From NCBI GenBank assembly GCA_002633005.1, contig NMRA01000367.1:212762-276761 (forward strand): DNA of 64,000 nt, given 5' to 3'. The notes beneath the pieces were generated by a model. The model had not been told where the DNA came from, made no database searches, and saw only the letters and a list, made by a program, of their open reading frames with translations. This stretch comes from Phoronis australis (taxonomy: Eukaryota > Animalia > Phoronida). This document shows positions 52,386-64,000 of this stretch, in pieces (the first letter of the stretch is position 1; each line of letters opens with the position of its first letter). The position numbers and the translations under genes are program-made.

Positions 52386-53790
52386 TTAAAAAGTAGTGTG
52401 CAGTTGTTTCTTGCCACACTTACCGCTCTCTAGTTACTTGAGGTTTTCTGATGACTTCCTTTTCATTCATTGATTTATCATGTTGTATCTTTGGTGTTCC
52501 TAGATGGACATGTTGTATCCTTGGTGTTCCTAGATGGACATGTTGTATCTTTGGTGTTCCTAGATGGACATGTTGTATCTTTGGTGTTCCTAGATGGACC
52601 TTTCTAAAATTTAGTATATGGATGTATCTCGAATGCGATATGAATGTGTTATCCCATTTTTATTAAGTGTGTGTCTTAGTTGTTCTTGGCATCATGGGTG
52701 TTGGCATTGTTATCAACTGTGTCTTGGTTGTTCTTGGCATCATGGGTGTTGGCATTGTTATCAACTGTGTCTTGGTTGTTCTTGGCATCATGGGTGTTGG
52801 CATTGTTATCAACGCCAGAAATTTGTAACATGCACTACTGCGCATGCGCTAAATCTTGCCAGCAGCCCTCCATAAGAAATACACAAGAGCAGGCTATAAT
52901 CAGGAATTTATAAGCGAGGGGAGATAACTGCACAATTTGCCGATAGCCTGTCGCATAGAGTGTATGTTAAGACTTGTTACTGCCAAATATCAGCGTCATT
53001 GGTGAAAATTTTTCCACGTCTCTTGAAGTTTGAAGTTTGCCCCATTCAGGCCTATGTTAACGATCGTCCGGAAGCCCATATTTGAGCGCATAGCTCATTT
53101 TGAAGTCAAGTTTGTGGCTGAATTCANCTTAAAAAGTAGTGTGCAGTTGTTTCCTGCCACACTTACCACTCTCTAGTTACTTGAGGTTTTCTGATGACTT
53201 CCTTTTCATTCATTGATTTATCATGTTGTATCTTTGGTGTTCCTAGATGGACATGTTGTATCTTTGGTGTTCCTAGATGGACATGTTGTATCTTTGGTGT
53301 TCCTAGATGGACCTTTCTAAAATTTAGTATATGGATGTATCTCGAATGCGATACGAATGTGTTATCCCATTTTTATTAAGTGTATGTCTTAGTTGTTCTT
53401 GGCATCATGGGTGTTGGCATTGTTATCAACTGTGTCTTGGTTGTTCTTGGCATCATGGGTGTTGGCATTGTTATCAACTGTGTCTTGGTTGTTCTTGGCA
53501 TCATGGGTGTTGGCATTGTTATCAACTGTGTCTTGGTTGTTCTTGGCATCATGGGTGTTGGCATTGTTATCAACTGTGTCTTGGTTGTTCTTGGCATCAT
53601 GGGTGTTGGCATTGTTATCAACTGTGTCTTGGTTGTTCTTGGCATCATGGGTGTTGGCATTGTTATCAACTGTGTCTTGGTTGTTCTTGGCATCATGGGT
53701 GTTGGCATTGTTATCAACTGTGTCTTGGTTGTTCTTTGCATCATGGGTGTTGGCATTGTTATCAACTGTGTCTTGGTTGCTTTTGGCGTC
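52386..53790 (+). repeat. Tandem duplication across a single N, containing 30-bp and 48-bp VNTRs
   Basis: 52386-52813 resembles 53129-53790. The 30-bp unit occurs 4 versus 3 times and the 48-bp unit 3 versus ~8 times. N at 53127. Confidence 0.9.
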
Positions 53791-53824
53791 ATAGGTGTTG
53801 GCGTCATATTCATTTGGTTTTTGC

Positions 53825-53925
53825 TTTCATCGTGGCCTCAGTTCTTTCATCGTGGCCTCAGTTCTTTCATCGTGACCTCAGTTTTTTCATCGTGATCTCA
53901 GTATTTCATCGTGACCTCAGTTCAT
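53825..53925. repeat. 21-bp tandem repeat
   Basis: tttcatcgtggcctcagttc-type units, ~5 copies. Confidence 0.85.
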
Positions 53926-56210
53926 TCAATTTTGACAAACGTTGCTCCTCAGATCACTTTCATTTTTTGCTTCCATTTACTAGTGCTTACCTAGCCTCAA
54001 CTGCTTAGAATTAAATTTGGTGCTTACATACCTTTTTGATGAAATGTTTTTCTAGTACTGCTCAACAATTACTGTCTGGTGTATTGGCGGCAAGCTGTCC
54101 ACCATCGAGTGTGGCCTCCAGGCCCAGCAGGAGTGTCTGATGAACACTAGTTTAATTTCCCAAGTAATTAGTATGACATACTCTGTGCATATAATCTTCT
54201 TGTAACATTCAAAGTGCCCTGTCAGCCACTCATGGTGCTAAGGTACAAGCTTTCTAAACAAACTGCAAGCTGACTGTAACCCTAACAATTATTACAATAA
54301 GTTTTCTTGAGAATATTGATGAATTTTATGCTTCACATTTTTTTGTGAAAGTGTATTGCACAGGTGAGACCAATGCAGCAAAATTGACAAAAAGCTGCCT
54401 AAGACATCCTCAGGTACAATAACATCTTGAGTCTGAAGTCATTTCACATAAATAAGCTGTGACATGAACAATACGCATTGACCTCAAAGGAGGTGAATAC
54501 TATCTGAAAGGAGCATGTTGTAACTGTTAATGTTTCATTTTTGATTAAAAGTGTGAAGGCAACTGAGAGGCGTACATCAGTAGAAAGAACAACGTATCAA
54601 TTTGCACTAATTTGGAAGGTCTTAGAATTTTGGCCTGTTCACTTGTTCATGGCTTGTTTAGAATCATACATTTGAAGTATCCTCTTTGTCATGAAAAGCA
54701 GTTCTGTAGTCATGTAAAAATGTGTTATCATAAGTTCTATTGTTTAATTGTATTTTGAAAGATGTTAAATTGTAATATGACCTCGTTTAATGAAAAAAGT
54801 AAATAATATATTTTTTAATCCTAAAATGTGCTGGCCATGTTTGTTTTAGTGTTCTATGTAAGTATTTCCTTTTCCATTAACGTCATTATCAACCCTGTTG
54901 TAATGTTTGCACACTGTTCTTTCATTTGTCTGTTGTTAGACCTTGAGCAAGCCTTTGATCCTGTTAATATGGCCCACTAATTATTGTCCAAGACTTTAAT
55001 GACATCAATAACAGATGGATGACTACTCACCAAATCTCTGTAATCGTACTTTACTTCTGCTTAATTGGGCCAGCTTGGTTTAATCACATGGCTATTTCTC
55101 AGTTAAACAGATGGGTAACTACTGGTTACACGACCAATTACTTTTAAATAAATCATTATTTTGGCCCAAACTGTGACAACTGAGTGGCAGATTTGATTTT
55201 CTTCAAAGGCAAGTTGATCATCATGTTGTATGACAATTCTCCGCTTATTTTACACGGCCATAATTTTACAAAATTGTCAATTTTATGTTTCTCAGAGGCT
55301 GATTACTTTACTTCACATAATGGAAAATCACCAAAAGTACAATAGTTTATGACATCTACACAGTACAAAACCTATTTGTAACATGAACAAACATTTACAA
55401 AGTTGTCTTCTCCGACATTATGTTATTTTTTCCATCTTCTCCCTTACTGAAGAATCTGTGGCTTTAGAACATTAGATTAGGTAGGAAACATTGTTGTTCA
55501 CTCTATTTGCCAGAACCCTTGTGCACTTATTCAATATTCTAGACAAGCAGTAACTATAGATTTGTGCCACTAGGCACAGTCACTAAATGGTGTAATTACT
55601 GCTAATGTAGTTTGATCCCCTCCACAGTTTTGACCAAGACAATACAAAGTTTGCCTGGTTTATCTCTGGAGTCCACTGCTCCATTGTTTTGACATGCTTT
55701 TAGTCCACTTATCAAATGACTCATCACAGGCCTGGGAAGGACCACAGTTTTTGTGTTGTAGTATTAGAGGCTCATTCTCTTGTCAGTTGGCCAACCCACC
55801 CTCTTGTTCACTCTCATGCAAACACTGCCCACTTCAATGATTTCACCCATTACCAAGTCATGCACACACTCCTTGGAAATATTTTCATCAAGTTATAATA
55901 CAAAGTGGTTATGGACAGTAAAATTACAGATAGCATTACAAAAAACTAGACCACACAGCAGTTTTTATTTTCAAGGCTTGTCCAGATATCAATTTAGTCC
56001 ATTGTGAAGTGTTCTGCTGATCTTTTGAACAACATGACAACTGGCAGGCCAATTTATTCACCATTCAGCATCCACTACCAGAGAGAACCGAAACATAATG
56101 CATCCGTTTTGGCTAATTTATGTGTATTTTTGGCTAAAAATGATTCTAATGTAACTGTAAGAGAAATTTCAATTTCAGAAGCAAAATAGTTTAAAAATTC
56201 ACTAGTTTTA

Positions 56211-56680
56211 AGGCCCTTCCCATACAGTTAACTTGGTTGCTACATAAGCTGCGATGTTAACTGCGAAGTTAAGCTTCGTTGTTCCCATCAGCTTCAGAGT
56301 TAAAGTTCAGCAAAGTTATTGCAAGGGGGCGTAATATGATCTATGGTCACATGCCTTGCAGGTTTTGACAGTCCTTGCCATCAAAAATGGCAGATGGGAA
56401 CTATAACATCAACTGCCCAAGGTAACCAACGGTTACCAGCCACGTTGGGCAGATGACAATGTACTAAAAACTGTCATATTAAATCTATTGACAATGTACA
56501 AGATACTGTGAAGTGAGACTGGGAGCAGGCAGCATTACATAAATTCTTTTCTATGCACCAGTGTTGACTATACACTTTCAAACTTGAGTACATCATATCT
56601 CTAAATTGTTGGACCCGAGCCCATTTCAATTTTTGGATTGTGAAAAATCACAGAACAACACAATGCATATTGGGAAACGA
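56211..56680. mobile_element. Harbinger-like element related to 22379-22960
   Basis: aggcccttcccatacagttaact...gttcccatcagcttcag...gcaaagttat is shared. The right end is uncertain. Confidence 0.5.
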
Positions 56681-57745
56681 GGTGAATACGAAAGACCTTG
56701 AATCAATGCAATCTCCTGACGGCTTTCTTTCTTTAGTTTTATCTCTTGCAACTTATCAAAATCGTGTACATTAAAGAACACACTGATAAATTCAATATGT
56801 CTGTGTGACATGAATTACGTCTCATGACACAAAAATACAGCGTCTACTCATCATTACTGAAAACATATTTAAAAACACTCTTGGTAGATTGAAGTTGCTT
56901 GTGTTTTTTCTTTGTACAACCAGTTGATCATTAATAGTTAAAATAACCTATGGCTGTCCACAGTCACATCTGACATGTATGTAATGAATACTAATTAACT
57001 GGCACACCCGCCACCAGCTGTCACTACCGTCTTATCTTAAGTGTTCTTTAATGGCCAGCCATCTGTAAACATATTCTTGTAACTGTCACTCAATGGTGCA
57101 TTATGGGACAGGAGTGAGGGGGTGATGAATTGAACAGGTGCAGTTTCTTTATCATGTACAACTGTGAAATAATTTATAATTAACAAATGTAGTTATTATA
57201 TGGGATGATGTTTTAATTAGACTTTTGTTGTCTAACTTTGGTGGTTTTGTTTCTTGTGATTTCTCAGTGCATATAAATAAAAAATACAGTTCTGTGAATT
57301 AATGAGAAACTTAAATGTTGGTGCATTGTATCTTCATATTGTGAACTCCTAGTTGTTTCTCTATACTTAGGCTAGGCCTATCTCGGATATTTATTATTTA
57401 GGCAGATAAGTCTTTCGAGTCACACTTAATTTATTTCTCTGCATAGATATGGTTGTATTGAGACTTGTTTGAGTTGTTTGAATGTCTCCTGAAAGGACTT
57501 ACTATGGTGTTGAAGTGAACACGCTTGCTCTGAGTCGTGATAGACTAATATTAACAACAACTTTATAACTGTGGTGTTACACCACTGGATTAAAATAATT
57601 GATGAATCTCATCTTTTCAAGAAGCATGTTTCATTATTGTAATTACTTCAATCTTGGTATAAAGGGCTCACTCTCGTGGTGCATTTTGTTTCCTTCTGGT
57701 GTTTTGTTACCTAATTATAGTATTTTGATTTAATTGTGCTATTTC

Positions 57746-59103
57746 TTGTGTGCTCAAATACTGATATGTGGTTGCATATTGCCATCATCTCTGTCTGGGC
57801 GTCCGGGTGTCTGGGCATCCTTTCCGGCATCTGGGCATCCTTTCTGGTGGCTGGGCGTCCGGGTGTCTCGGCGTCCTTTCCAGTGTCTGGGCATCCGAGT
57901 GTGTGGCAGGATTTTATTGAAATTTGGCATGTGTGTTTCTATGTGGGTGACATCAGAGGATGAGTTTCAGTCTGACATGAATACCGCTGTGCCCTCCTAG
58001 TGGCAATTTTAGTTTTTTATGTTTGCCTCTGTATCTTCGGAGCTCCTTAATAGAGTATCATGAAATTCGGAATATAGGTTTTTAATACGAAGGCGATGAT
58101 GTTATTCCATTTTTCGACGAATTTTATGCCATCTTGTAGACATTTTTGTTATTTTTGTGTGCTGTTTTCTGCCATAAAGGATCATTATAAAAATTTACAG
58201 AAGTATTGCTGATGAGAAGGCCTCTACTGACATTGACTTTCAGACGGGTCCTGCTACTGTGTCGCCCCCTAGTGGCGATTTTGTTTTTTTGTGTTTGCAA
58301 AGGAATCTCCTTAACCCTTTTAATGAGTTTTGTGAAATTTGAAAGATGTATACCTATGGAGCTGTCGACAAATGGTAACAAGTGTCAAACTGATTCAGAT
58401 ACCAATGTGCCCCCTAGTGCTAGTCACAGAATGTTTTTTACATTTGCCTTTGTATCTTCGGATTCCAGTTATGTATTTTTATGAAATTTGGCAAATAAGT
58501 TTCGATTAAGGAGACAACAAATTGCCCTCCGATTTTCGGACAGATTAGATTTTTCTGCACCACCTGGTGGCCATTTAAAAATGTTTGCGTATGTTTTTGA
58601 TGTCTGCTTCTCTATCTACTAAACCACTCAAAGGACGATTATGAAAATTGGCAGTTGTGTTCTTGATGTGAAGACCCTGGCTGATGTTGATTTTGGTATG
58701 TTTTTGAGTATTCTGGTGCCCCGTGAGGGTAATTTTGCTTTTTTGCATGTAGGACTGTATCTCCTTAACCTTTTGAAGTATCTTTGCGAAATTTTGCAGA
58801 TGGGCTTCTATAGAGATGGCAACAGATAACGATGAGTTTTAGACTAATCGGACGATAGCTTTGCCCCCTGGTGTCAATTGTTTTTTGCGTTTGCCTTTAT
58901 ATCTTAGGAGTTCCTTGGCTTATTTTCATGAAATTTGGCAAATGGTTGTGTTTTACAGAGTCGACGCCAACTTCTCAATTCGTATGGGCTGTGTCACACA
59001 TTCTGTGCCATCTAATGGCCATTTTTATGATTATTAAAATAGTCTTAGAAGCACACCATTTCCAGCGCTATTGGTGCATTTCAATGCTCCATGTTGCTCT
59101 TTT
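57746..59103 (+). mobile_element. HINE-type element copy 2 with a CTCF-motif core array
   Basis: Same 5' atatgtggttgcatattgccatcatctctgtctggg, ~8 core monomers, same 3' gcatttcaatgctcc..ttgctct end. Confidence 0.78.
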
Positions 59104-60480
59104 TTATTTACTTGTCCAAACCAGCAATTCATGTCTGGACCAGAATAATCTAAACTGGAGAAATTTGTCATTATGTTTTTGAATTGGTTCACCAGGAGAA
59201 TAACAGACAAGATCATATTGAAAACTACTTGAAAGTGATGAAGTGTTCATCCCTGTCATCAGATTGCAGTTAAATATTGGTCAACTTTACTCGTTTTTCC
59301 TGTTTATCTGGCGTAATTATTGGGTGATCTCCTGTGTCCTCTAGCCCCCCTTAGCATACCCTTCATTAATCTATTTTTTAAATCCATTGTCTGTAATCAA
59401 CTGAACACTAGCCCTAAAGCTATAACAATCAGTCCAAATACTCTAACACTGGAGACAGGCTTCCTGTTCTGTCTAGAGACTCTTTGTCATTGTTTTGGTT
59501 CGCTTAACCTAAAACTGTCATTTTTATTTAATATCAGTGGAGCTTAATTCATCAAGCATAACCTTCTTTGCACTTGGTATTAGATGTCCCACAATGCACT
59601 TGTTGTAAGAAGATATCACAATTTGGGCATTTGTCTGAGGCTTGGTATTTATCACTAGACAGGTTAGTTAGCAGTGGTTGGTGGAAAGATAGGATGTGAG
59701 TATATTGTTTAGGCTTAAACATAAAGCCACGTTTGCTTTAAACCACTGAAACGCCTGCGCCACAATATTTGATGAAACTATGTTTTAACTGATTTAATTA
59801 TTAATTTTTTGGAAATATGAAAGTTTGTTTAAAATGCAATGGTTTATTGTGTCCAGTTTATTCAACTGTGTGTGCACTCAGATTTATGGTAACCATGTTA
59901 ACGTTTCGTAGACCAAGTTTCTTGGGAGAACGTAAAATCTCTCATGACCTCACATAATCACGTGAGTGTAAAGCAAATGTTTGGCAAGTATGCTCCGGAG
60001 GTTTCTGGCCTATTATAACAAAATGGTGGCTACTGAAGTGATGGTTTGATCAAGTTGGAACGTTGAACTATAGGATTGAATTGGCTGTTTTCATTCCATA
60101 AGTAAAAATTTCTCTCCACAAGTGCAAGCTTATGACTGCGTTGTTTTGCAGAGTACAGCACTGTTACTTTGTCTGGCTACGATGTCATGCATGCAGGAAT
60201 GCAGCATTGTTATTTTGTGTTGTGGTCTACAGAGTTCAGCATTGTAAATTTGTGTTGTGGTCTACAGAGTGCAGCACTGTTACTTTGTCTGGCTATGATG
60301 TCATGCATGTCTGTCAGGAATCAACACCAGAAATTCGGGAACTAGGTCATCCCCAAGGTGGCGATCATCGTGTGAGTAGTTGCCAATCACATACTAGGTC
60401 AGAGGTCATTTCCCTGGTTTGTTTTTCACGAACAAATGGACAAGGGAGATAAACAATCTGTTATGAAGCCAAACGGTATG

Positions 60481-60515
60481 CATAGGTGGATTTAGGGGGG
60501 TCCAAGGGGGCCCTT
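60481..60515. mobile_element. Family B left-end fragment
   Basis: cataggtggatttaggggggtccaagggggccc. Confidence 0.55.
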
Positions 60516-60582
60516 CGCACATGACAAAAACGGTGCCGATGTGTCATTTTCAGGGCTATATCCACAAAACAACAAGTGACTG

Positions 60583-61510
60583 TTTAATGCACCCACATAT
60601 TTATATGTGGACGCATTGTGCCAACATCTGCGTCCGTCCGTCCCTCCGGGTGGCGTCCGTCTGGCATCCGGCGTCCACTCCTCTATCTCCAAAACCGATT
60701 GACGTATGCTCATGAAATTTTGCACTTGTGTTTTTTTCATGGATGGGCTGAATGAGTGAACTTTCGGATGGATCCGACTACCGGTGTGTCCCCTAGTGGT
60801 AATTTTAGTTTTTTACGTTTACCCCTGTATCTTCAAATGTCTTAAACGTATTTCATGAAATTTGGAATGTAGGCATCTATTAGTGAGCCGGCGCTATTCC
60901 GGTTTTCAGATGGATTTGACGTAGTTTGCGTCACCTAGTGGCCATTTTTACTGTTTTCGAGTCTGTTTTTTGGCGTCCACCCCTCTATAAACCAAACCGC
61001 TTTTAAAGAAGCATGATTGTAAAAATTGGCATGTATGTTCTTACTATGAAGAAGACGGTTGATGATGATTTTCCAACGACTTCGAGGGCTGTGGTGCCTC
61101 CTAGTGGCAGTTTTGTTTTTTGTGCCTACGGCTACATCTCCTAAACTGTTTGCAGCATCTTTACTAAATTTAGTAAGTGCATTTACATAGTGTTGACGAT
61201 AGACGACGACTTTAGGACAGATCTGACAACTGGTGTGCCACCTAGTGGCAATTTTATTTTTTTACGTTTACCTCTGTATCATAAAATTTTGAAAACTGAC
61301 ATCTAGTGGTGAGATGACGCTATCCCCCCGTTTTCGGATAGAATCAAGGTACTTGGCGTCACCTAGTGGCTATTTTTGCTGTTTTCGAGTCTGTGTACCC
61401 TAGTGGCAATTTTATTTTATTCTGTTTTCCTTTGTTTCTCTGAAGTTCCATGACGGATTTCTATGAAATGTGGTGTATAGCTTTCTACTAAAGAATCAAT
61501 CCCGTTCTCG
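60583..61510 (+). mobile_element. HINE-type element copy 3 (3'-truncated)
   Basis: atgcacccacatatttatatgtggacgcat hairpin, (GTCC)n microsatellite, ~6 core monomers. Confidence 0.78.
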
Positions 61511-61720
61511 TAAGTGCAGCACTATTACTTGTTGTTGTGGCCTACAGTGAGAGGGCAGTTACTTTGACTATGATGCCATGCATGCTGGCCAGGAGATCTT
61601 TCAATATACAGCATTATTCTATGGGTGGTAAGGGTTAAATGATATTCATAACCCAATTCTCTTGACTCTCACCACCACCCAACTGTACACCCCCAAATAT
61701 ACCTTCTCCCTGAATGAGAG

Positions 61721-61915
61721 TCTAAAGTAAACAGTATAGGTACTACAAGTTAAGTAAATTGAAGTCTTAATGTTGCCCTCTCCTTATTCTTCTGTTAGGG
61801 GTCACTCTCTCCCTTGTTCTTGTGAAGTGTCTACCATATGTCTGACACAATGTTTCAATGATGCCATGAGACTTCAATTTACTTAACTTGTAGTACCTAT
61901 ACTGTTTACTTTAGA
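61721..61915. repeat. Perfect 47-bp inverted repeat with 101-bp spacer
   Basis: 61721-61767 is the exact reverse complement of 61869-61915. Confidence 0.9.
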
Positions 61916-63319
61916 AATGTCGAGAATGTCTGTGACATTTGTATTTATGAAATGTTATGGACTCTGTAAATGACAAGTATATACCCAATAGACAAAATAT
62001 ATGCGACATCTTGTGTTGGAACCGGACAATACTATAGTTGTGACTGTATACTATTAGGATCATGTTGGGGGCCTAGAGTATGGATGTGTTATGCATGCCA
62101 ATCTGTATATGTCATAATTTCTGCTTTGCTAGTATTTGTAACTGTTGTCTATCTGGAAATAAGAAACTGTAGACAGGTAATCTGTGCAGGCTTGTATGTA
62201 TGGCAAGGATCATTTTGGAAAATGTGGGTATGGTGAATTGACTCACACGGCATCAAGTTTATGGGCCAATTTGGAGGACCTATGGGCCAAGTTAGTTTTT
62301 GGTTCTTTTTGGCTTCCAATTTTTTTTTGATCCCCTTGGCCTCAGTGAGCTAAGCAATTACAGTGCGTGAGTGAATTATTTTTGCATGGATGGGGCAAGG
62401 TGTGCTCCTAGAATTATCACTATTATGGTTATTAATTGTTCCTGTATATGCTCTGGTTAGTTTCAAAAACAAGGGTGCTGTTATAAGCCAGGCAGGCGTG
62501 TACCACACAAGTGGGTGAATTAAAGCCCATAGGCCTGTATCACACACTGATAGGAACAACATGAAGTCACACTATATTCTAGCCAGTTTTGCGCTATTCA
62601 GCTTATGATTGGTTAGAAGTGAGAGGAGAGGTCAATGTTTTGAGTAATCTGCATACTCTGTTGATAAATTTGTACACAAGACACTTGGAGCACCTAATTA
62701 TCATTCATTCATTACTGAGCAGTGTCAGAAGGACAAACTATTTTTAAGCTGTGCTCAGCTCTGCTGTAAAGGGTAATTGGTTTCTGCCAAAATGAATACT
62801 ATTTTCAGTTTTATGATGACCTGTCAGCAGAATACACAAACTCAATTACTGATCTATTTAAGTATACACACTAAGCCTGAATCTTGATGTTTTTATTTTG
62901 TAAACCACAGTGCTGTCTTCCTATGAATGTACCTTTCTCTTTTGCTAAAATTTACTTTAAAATCAACCCAATCAACTGGAGATTGGTAGAAATTCAGAAA
63001 TCAAATTCTACAAACTTTCTGCCAGCAAATATATTACTTTTCTGAGCTATAGCTTGGTAATATTTGGGCGAATACTATGAAGTCTTATATGTGTAGTCTT
63101 AAAGGCAACTTTCCACCATTTGCTCAGTATGAGGCTTCGATTGTAAAGGTCATGTCAAGGTCACGTGAATGCTTGGCATTGATGAAGTAGCTCCCTCCGC
63201 TCCTATGTATGTAAGTCTCACAAACCCATGCCCCCCCCGGGAATGTACTGTGAGTAATGATAGTATTGCGAATTGCTTTGATCTATAACAAGTTGTAACA
63301 TTACTAGTAAAGTACAGAT

Positions 63320-63510
63320 AGTAGTGTTATTATTAGTGTTGATATTAGCAGGATTAATGTATTGTTATTATTGTTATTATTGTTATTGTAAAATTACCAT
63401 AATTACTATACGCATTATAATTATTAGTAGTTTAACTATTGTTATGATAATGTTAATCATAAATAATGTATTTATTGTCATTAATACTGTTGTGTTTATT
63501 AAACATAGCT
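63320..63510. repeat. AT-rich (TAT/TTG) low-complexity tract
   Basis: ttattattg runs. Confidence 0.75.
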
Positions 63511-64000
63511 GTTTGTTGATGAAATTGCAATAATGAATTTTCAAAAACTATCATAAAACATGACAAATTTTGAAACAATGTTTCAGAATAACATTCATTC
63601 TGAGGATTATCATTTCTTTTTTGCCTGAGGTGAGACTGCCATAGCAGGACAAATTGTACTTAGAATTGTTGAAACACAATCCTGATTGCACAGCGCTTAG
63701 TCATCTTGGTTAGATGGATTAGGGAGTGTAGAATATATGTTGATCAGTGGGTCCCCTGGTGGGAGGTGTGGGTGTGACTGTCACACTACTATGGTTGAAC
63801 ATTAGATCAGTCGTCAGGTCACCCTGGTGTAATACTACACCATGAGTCAACAAGCAAAAGTTTGCCTTTTGTTGTCTAGGCTTTTTGTTGTGATGTCATT
63901 GTCCATTAGTAGTGACAGTGATGTGTGAAGGGATGGTTTGACTGTCTGGGTTTATTGTCATTTGGATCACTGATGTGTCATTGTTTGTTGCAGATTGTGT

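Noticed and set aside
53331-54008. 225-aa Cys/His/Trp-rich repeat ORF (CSWHHGCWHCYQLCLG)n
   Set aside because: It is a read-through of a 48-bp VNTR that is open in several frames on both strands, with no splice or codon evidence.

Overview
Eukaryotic genomic DNA, not prokaryotic. It is AT-rich, contains scaffold N-gaps and has no long intact ORF. The repeat types suggest a heterozygous marine invertebrate (inference). Most ORFs in the track are read-throughs of minisatellites. The only recognisable protein-coding sequence is a decayed DD34E Tc1-like transposase (2444-3438, -). There are two candidate gene 5' ends in divergent orientation: a minus-strand first exon at about 7018-7200 with CArG and MEF2 motifs upstream, and a plus-strand first coding exon MADELWSLTKI at 13234. 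The rest looks like intronic or intergenic DNA filled with more than 25 tandem repeats, non-autonomous DNA transposons (5-bp-TSD hAT5-like, TA-TSD pogo/Tc1-like, TAA-TSD Harbinger-like, CACTA-like), palindromic elements, tRNA-derived cassettes and tandem duplications next to gaps that are probably allelic haplotypes. The most striking structure is three copies of a Helentron-associated (HINE/DINE-1-type) element. Its ~145-bp core monomers each carry a co-oriented CTCF-like motif, about 28 sites in total. All coordinates and identities were read by eye.
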